Positions 14,094 through 18,421 of a stretch of 18,421 nt of DNA are shown here, in pieces. The number at the start of each line of letters is the position of its first letter. Position 1 is the stretch's first letter. The notes below the pieces were generated by a model, which searched no databases, was not told where the DNA came from, and worked only from the letters and a program-made list of their open reading frames with translations. A program made the translations under genes and the position numbers. The stretch comes from a virus, in IMG/VR virus record IMGVR_UViG_3300045988_008823, positions 1-18,421 of that record; one strand, written 5' to 3'.

Positions 14094-14107
14094 GTTTCAC
14101 GTGAAAC
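14094..14107. repeat. Perfect 14-bp palindrome GTTTCACGTGAAAC, copy 3 (intergenic)
   Basis: Starts 3 nt after the fibre-gene stop codon (14089..14091) and lies immediately upstream of the terminator hairpin at 14115..14143. Confidence 0.9.
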
Positions 14108-14114
14108 ATAACCT

Positions 14115-14143
14115 ATACCCCACGGCTTCAAGCCGTGGGGTAT
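14115..14143 (+). terminator. Intrinsic terminator after the fibre genes
   Basis: ATACCCCACGGC, loop TTCAA, GCCGTGGGGTAT (12 bp, perfect), followed by ACTATTATGT. Confidence 0.7.
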
Positions 14144-14153
14144 ACTATTATGT

Positions 14154-15419
14154 ATGAACAATACTGCTTACTACGCCATGTACGTTATTGGCACCGTCGA
14201 AAGTAATTGCAATTGGGGCGCGTGCAATTACGTTGACGCCATCACCATTGGCATGATGCAATGGTATGGGACGCGCGCGCGCAATCTATTGGAGCGCGGG
14301 CGCACCGCCGACCCGGACGGCTGGGGTACGTTTGCCACGGCAGTACCGACTCTAGCCCAGCAGGTGCAGGCGAATAATATCAACTGGTCAACACGATACC
14401 TATCAACGGCAGAGGGCAACGCATGGAAGACGTGGGCGCAACGCGACGAAAACCATGCGTTTCAGGAGGCGCAATGGGAGGCGGATTGGAATAGTTACCA
14501 GTCCACTATGGACGGGTATGGTTTCCCGTCAGGGAACGTAAGAGAGCGTATCATGTGGGCTTGCGCCTACCACCAAAGCCCGGCGCAGGCGCAGCGCGTA
14601 CTTGCATCATGCTCCGCTACGGCCACGCTGGAATTGATTTACACCACCATCTTAGCGGATGGCGTATTAGGCCAGTACCGCAATCGGTACACCACCGCGT
14701 ACAACCTACTGAAAGCATGGGACGGCACGAGCGCGCCGCCCGACTTCGGCCAGACCTCCGAACCGTCGGATACGCCGGGCGGAGACCGACCCGGCATCGA
14801 CGGAAAGCCCAGCAGCACCGCGTGGATACAATTGCAGGGTGACAACCTGATTTACCATAGCGGCGACAGTATGGCCATTTTTGTGAAAAGCTCCGCACAG
14901 ACATGGATGTACAAGACTACCGAATCTACCCAGCCGGGAGGTGGACAGACAGGCGGCGGCTCAAGCTCAGGCAGTAGCAGCGAGGACGCGGCACGCGTCG
15001 TGGAATGGTTGCGGTCACGTATCGGCAAATACGCTTATTCGCAGGGCGCGGGACGATTAGACCCCGATTCAAGCGGGTACGGCGATTGCTCCAGTGTATG
15101 CTGGCGCGCATATCAGGACGTGCTGGGCATCGACGTGGGCACATGGACAGGCCAGATGGCAAGCAAGGGCACCCGCGTCTGCGGCAGCTCCGACACATCG
15201 GTGTCGGATGCTATCGCCAAGGCTCACGCCGCCGACCTATTGCTGCTGGACTGGGGTGCCTATACGCAGGCGTGGGACCATGTGGAAATGTTTACGGCGG
15301 ACGGCAAGGATGAGACATTATCACACGGTGGACCGGGAAACGGGCCGAATCTGTTCGCCGCGTCGGGTGAAATGAATCTGGCGAGTCGGTGGGAGATACG
15401 CCGGTACATCACCAACTAA
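14154..15419 (+). CDS. Tail-associated two-domain peptidoglycan hydrolase, functional analogue of phi29 gp13 (421 aa)
   Basis: The N-terminus IGTVESNC...ITIGMMQWYG resembles the phage tail lysozyme pattern of phi29 gp13 (GNMQSES...GLVQWT). A Gly/Ser linker GGGQTGGGSSSGSSS follows. The C-terminus looks like NlpC/P60, with catalytic-type GYGDCSSVCWRAY and WDHVEMF. Confidence 0.75.
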   Translation: MNNTAYYAMYVIGTVESNCNWGACNYVDAITIGMMQWYGTRARNLLERGRTADPDGWGTFATAVPTLAQQVQANNINWSTRYLSTAEGNAWKTWAQRDENHAFQEAQWEADWNSYQSTMDGYGFPSGNVRERIMWACAYHQSPAQAQRVLASCSATATLELIYTTILADGVLGQYRNRYTTAYNLLKAWDGTSAPPDFGQTSEPSDTPGGDRPGIDGKPSSTAWIQLQGDNLIYHSGDSMAIFVKSSAQTWMYKTTESTQPGGGQTGGGSSSGSSSEDAARVVEWLRSRIGKYAYSQGAGRLDPDSSGYGDCSSVCWRAYQDVLGIDVGTWTGQMASKGTRVCGSSDTSVSDAIAKAHAADLLLLDWGAYTQAWDHVEMFTADGKDETLSHGGPGNGPNLFAASGEMNLASRWEIRRYITN

Positions 15420-15421
15420 TA

Positions 15422-15459
15422 CAACGATAGATTGGTAAATATCTACCGGTTTATCGTTG
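15422..15459 (+). terminator. Long RNA hairpin between the hydrolase and ATPase genes (16 bp including 3 G-U pairs)
   Basis: CAACGATA-GATTGGTA, loop AATATC, TACCGGTT-TATCGTTG. There is no U-tract. It covers the track's TTG start at 15457. Confidence 0.45.
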
Positions 15460-15468
15460 CCATATGAT

Positions 15469-16578
15469 ATGATGAATATTATGGAAAGGCTGTTAGGCGA
15501 GGGTGATTATTACGATTATGGGCGCGTGCTGTCCTATCACGCGCCTTGGATGTTTGTAATCGGCGCGCGCGGCCTCGGTAAAACGTATGGTGCTAAAAAA
15601 TTGGTCATCGGCGACTGGATTAAAAAACGCTGGCAATTCATCTACCTCCGCCGAACCGCCGAGGAACAGAAGAATAAAGGCACGTGGTTCGCGGACATCG
15701 CAGAACAATATCCAGAATTAGAGTTTAGAGTGTCGGGGAATCAGGCCGAATGTCATTGGCTGGATGATAGGGACGCCACCGCCGACAAACACGGCAAGAA
15801 ACGCCCGACATGGCACGTCATGGGCTATTTTATCGCCCTATCACAAGCCGGACAAGTGAAATCAGTCGCATACCCCAAAGTGCGGACAATTATCTTCGAC
15901 GAAATATTCCCCGATAATATGCGCTATCTCGGCGGAGAGGTCACGGCGCTTGAGGAATTTTACAACACGGTAGACCGCTGGAACGATAGAGTTCGCGTTA
16001 TCATGTGCAGCAACGCCGTAACGTTGGCTAACCCGTATTTCAGCGCGTTCAACATCAACCTAAAACCGCAGCTGGATAATTGCACGCAATATCAGCGATA
16101 TTGTGACGGGTTTATTATGGTGGAATTAGCTGATTACGGCGGGTTTAGTGCCAAGGTTGCCGCATCCAAATTCGGACAGTTTTTACGCAGATATGACGAA
16201 AATTATGCAAATTATGCAATCAACAACGATTTTAGAGACAACGCCAATTCTCTCATTAGTGATTTTAACAACGCCGGTTATGCATTCACATTAAAAACCA
16301 CCGAATACGGTATTTTCAACGTCTATCAGCAACTAAGTGACACTGACGAAGTGCTATATATAATCACAAAAAAACAGCCGAAAATCACCCGCAATTTTAC
16401 ACTTGATTATCGACTTGTAGACAATGATTGCATAATGCTCAAACGCTCCGACGACATGACGCAAAAAATATTGAACGCCTACCGCGTCGGTAGATTACGG
16501 TTCGAAACCCCGCAAATTAAAGCGGAGTTCAGTATGATTCTTGGCGGCTTGTTGCAACAATCAGGCATAAAGAAGTGA
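15469..16578 (+). CDS. DNA packaging ATPase, phi29 gp16-like (369 aa from ATG 15469; start uncertain among 15457, 15469, 15472 and 15481)
   Basis: Hand alignment to phi29 gp16: VLSYHAPWMFVIGARGLGKTYGAKK with MLSYDRILNFVIGARGIGKSYAMK (Walker A, 15562..15585), QFIYLRR with QFIYVRR, AYPKVRTIIFDEI with AYPNVSTIVFDEF (Walker B), MCSNAVTLANPYFSAFNI with CLSNAVSVVNPYFLFFNL, and GRLRFE with GYLRFD. Confidence 0.93.
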   Translation: MMNIMERLLGEGDYYDYGRVLSYHAPWMFVIGARGLGKTYGAKKLVIGDWIKKRWQFIYLRRTAEEQKNKGTWFADIAEQYPELEFRVSGNQAECHWLDDRDATADKHGKKRPTWHVMGYFIALSQAGQVKSVAYPKVRTIIFDEIFPDNMRYLGGEVTALEEFYNTVDRWNDRVRVIMCSNAVTLANPYFSAFNINLKPQLDNCTQYQRYCDGFIMVELADYGGFSAKVAASKFGQFLRRYDENYANYAINNDFRDNANSLISDFNNAGYAFTLKTTEYGIFNVYQQLSDTDEVLYIITKKQPKITRNFTLDYRLVDNDCIMLKRSDDMTQKILNAYRVGRLRFETPQIKAEFSMILGGLLQQSGIKK

Positions 16579-16587
16579 GGCATATAT

Positions 16588-16941
16588 ATGTCAATCCATG
16601 AATTAATCGTTATCGGCATCGTATTTCTATTAGTGCTTATTGATTACGCGACAGGCGTAGTCAACGCAATTATGCACAACGAATTATCTAGTGAGAAAAT
16701 GCGGCAAGGACTTGGACATAAATTCGCATACCTTGCCATAATTTGCGTGGCGCTTATCGTTGAATACGGTTCGGATTACATCAATCTAGGCGTTGACCTT
16801 CCTGCATTCATTCCAGTATGCGGGGGTATTTGCTTGATTGAAATCACCTCAATCATGGAAAATTGCGTGAAAATCAACCCAGAATTATCAAACTCAAACA
16901 TTCTTGACATTTTCAGCACCTCAGAACACAAGAAAGAATAG
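16588..16941 (+). CDS. Holin (117 aa), family-4 / TcdE-like type
   Basis: SD GTGAGG upstream. Three hydrophobic segments, plus the patterns LIDYATGVVNA, SSEKMRQGLGHKF and LIEITSIMENCVKINP that are typical of this holin family. It sits directly upstream of the endolysin. Confidence 0.85.
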   Translation: MSIHELIVIGIVFLLVLIDYATGVVNAIMHNELSSEKMRQGLGHKFAYLAIICVALIVEYGSDYINLGVDLPAFIPVCGGICLIEITSIMENCVKINPELSNSNILDIFSTSEHKKE

Positions 16942-16949
16942 AAAAACCT

Positions 16950-17750
16950 ATGGACAACATTATATGGGTTGGCTCACCAAACCACTACAGCGGACGGGCT
17001 GGATATAAGGTGACACACATCACCTTGCACATCATGGCCGGTTTCTTAACCGGCACCGACAATGTATTTTCGCGGTCATCCAGTCAGGCCAGTGCGCACT
17101 ACGGTATCGGAGCCAACGGCGAAATACATCAATATGTAGACGAAGCTAACGGCCCGTGGTCGGACGCTAATTACAATTCAAACATGTCAACTATCAGCAT
17201 CGAGCATGAGGGTGGTATCCCACAAGCTCGATGCACGCAAGCATGTGTCGACGCAAGCGCACGACTCTGCGCCGACATATCACAACGTTACGGACTAGGT
17301 ATGCTATGGCACGACGGCACACGCGGCAACGTGTGGTTACACCGAGAAATCAGCGGCACCGACCACACCACGTGTCCAGACCTAGCACCAAACGGACTAC
17401 CATACCAACAAGTAATCGACAAAGCCAACAAGATAATAGGAGGCACAACAATGGCCAACGCAGGGGATGAAGTTTGGAACTGGGCATACCGCCCAGACGG
17501 GAAAAATGCCACACCGGGCGGCAACATGTACAATCTACTCACCTACGAACTGCCGACACGAATTCGTGACAGCATCATGCAATACAACTTCAAAAACACC
17601 GCGCCCGGAGGGAACGTTTACAACACTCTATGCTTTGAAATACCCGGAATGATAAAACAGCTCGCCAAAACAATCGAAGCACAGCAAAAGCAACTTGACG
17701 CGCTGACAAAAGAAATTACAACACTAAAAAAACAAATAAACTCAATATGA
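16950..17750 (+). CDS. Endolysin, N-acetylmuramoyl-L-alanine amidase (Amidase_2/PGRP type) with an unusual C-terminal region (266 aa)
   Basis: THITLHIMAG, SAHYGIG, ISIEHEG and HREISGTDHTTCPD match the zinc amidase_2 pattern. The C-terminal 100 aa has two PGGN(M/V)YN-L-(Y/F)E(L/I)P repeats and a terminal coiled coil. Confidence 0.85.
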   Translation: MDNIIWVGSPNHYSGRAGYKVTHITLHIMAGFLTGTDNVFSRSSSQASAHYGIGANGEIHQYVDEANGPWSDANYNSNMSTISIEHEGGIPQARCTQACVDASARLCADISQRYGLGMLWHDGTRGNVWLHREISGTDHTTCPDLAPNGLPYQQVIDKANKIIGGTTMANAGDEVWNWAYRPDGKNATPGGNMYNLLTYELPTRIRDSIMQYNFKNTAPGGNVYNTLCFEIPGMIKQLAKTIEAQQKQLDALTKEITTLKKQINSI

Positions 17751-17751
17751 C

Positions 17752-17788
17752 ATAAGTAAAGCCCCGCATGTCGCGGGGCTTTACTTAT
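17752..17788. terminator. Bidirectional intrinsic terminator between convergent genes
   Basis: ATAAGTAAAGCCCCGC, loop ATGTC, GCGGGGCTTTACTTAT (16 bp, perfect). The A/T-rich flanks give a U-tract in both directions. Confidence 0.85.
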
Positions 17789-17791
17789 ATG

Positions 17792-18046
17792 TCAATCGCC
17801 GTTGTCAATCGCAACAACATACCTACGGCACCTACGGCCATCAATACGACATTTACTAACATATTGAATCTCGTAATCATCACTCAATGTAAGTTCAACG
17901 CATGTAGATAGTGCCGACTCGAACGAAACAACACTATTCTCAATTTCGCCGTTATTGCTAACGGTGGTAGAAATTACGTTTTCAATATGAACTTCATATG
18001 AGTTATCTTCTTCAACTTCAATAACAATAGCCCTGAACGTAATCAT
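17792..18046 (-). CDS. Hypothetical right-end early protein (84 aa), acidic
   Basis: I use the ATG at 18046, 11 nt after the ITR-borne GGGAGG (18063..18058). The track's TTG start at 18127 lies inside the ITR, and the same frame in the left ITR stops at 370..372, so that extension is not supported. Confidence 0.55.
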   Translation of the reverse strand: MITFRAIVIEVEEDNSYEVHIENVISTTVSNNGEIENSVVSFESALSTCVELTLSDDYEIQYVSKCRIDGRRCRRYVVAIDNGD

Positions 18047-18052
18047 TTTTTT

Positions 18053-18386
18053 ATTTACCTCCCTCGTGGTTGATACTTTCATCATACCACACACCAAAAA
18101 CAACACACCGAGAGACGCAAAAAACAATGAGAAAACTACGCGCTTAGATTATCGACAAAGTAAAACGTTTTTAGCAAAAACACAAAATACGCACTTAAAA
18201 TATAACACAAAACGACACGCCGGATTGACAATGAAACCAAAGTAGGTAAAATAGAAGACAACAAAGGAGATATACAACGGCAGGGCAGGAACGATAATAA
18301 AAAACACAGGGCAGAGAACAAGAACGAAATACACAACAGAGCAGCCGTGGAAAAAGACTAGCTCCAGGGACCCCTCCCCTCCTTTT
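18053..18386. repeat. Right inverted terminal repeat (334 bp)
   Basis: Exact reverse complement of 36..369. Confidence 0.97.
18225..18252 (+). promoter_or_regulatory. Outward-facing consensus promoter in the right ITR
   Basis: TTGACA (18225..18230), 16-nt spacer ATGAAACCAAAGTAGG, TAAAAT (18247..18252). The predicted start near 18259 runs off the end at 18386. Confidence 0.4.
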
Positions 18387-18421
18387 AGATCGGAAGAGCA
18401 CACGTCTGAACTCCAGTCACT
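18387..18421. other. Illumina TruSeq-type sequencing adapter (technical, not biological)
   Basis: AGATCGGAAGAGCACACGTCTGAACTCCAGTCACT, the standard adapter read-through sequence, directly abutting the genome end ...CCTCCTTTT. Confidence 0.97.

Noticed and set aside
2455-17375. Many isolated CACGTG hexamers, for example near 2455, 5516, 5885, 5944, 12275, 15684 and 17370.
   Set aside because: A 6-bp palindrome is expected several times in 18 kb of roughly 50 to 60 percent GC sequence. Only the copies with the extended GTTTC/GAAAC arms are statistically remarkable.
1-18421. I searched for CRISPR arrays, integrase or recombinase genes, a repressor/Cro pair, transposase genes and toxin-antitoxin pairs.
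   Set aside because: None was seen. There are no spaced direct repeats, and every large ORF is accounted for by replication, morphogenesis, packaging or lysis functions. The element looks like a strictly lytic phage.

Overview
After trimming 35 nt of Illumina TruSeq-type adapter from each end (1..35 and 18387..18421), the window is a complete linear dsDNA phage genome of 18,351 bp (36..18386). It has perfect 334-bp inverted terminal repeats and belongs to the phi29-like, protein-primed podovirus type. On the + strand it carries six small orphan early ORFs, an abundant early protein that may be an SSB, and a basic putative terminal protein. These are followed by a protein-primed family-B DNA polymerase and a 186-nt structured non-coding gap. 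The late genes then run scaffold, major capsid protein with a C-terminal Big_2 domain, gp9-like tail knob, gp10-like portal and gp11-like lower collar. After these come three fibre/appendage proteins (one with an SGNH esterase domain), a two-domain tail-associated peptidoglycan hydrolase, a gp16-like packaging ATPase, a holin and an amidase endolysin. One small gene reads inward from the right ITR on the - strand. I saw no integrase, repressor, tRNA or CRISPR array. The points most worth follow-up are: (1) a perfect 14-bp palindrome GTTTCACGTGAAAC present three times, plus one 13/14 copy, in different reading frames and in intergenic DNA. (2) A promoter-to-hairpin structured RNA candidate of about 160 nt between the polymerase and scaffold genes, which could be the pRNA that gp10/gp16-type packaging motors need. 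(3) ITRs that carry promoter, 5' UTR and Shine-Dalgarno for two different terminal genes, plus an outward-facing consensus promoter. (4) A polymerase whose Exo I and Exo II acidic motifs I could not find. (5) Enrichment of TGNTATAAT extended -10 boxes at gene junctions, two of them spaced for leaderless starts. (6) An in-frame internal SD/ATG in the endolysin. All homology calls come from hand comparison with remembered phi29 protein sequences and motifs, not from database searches.
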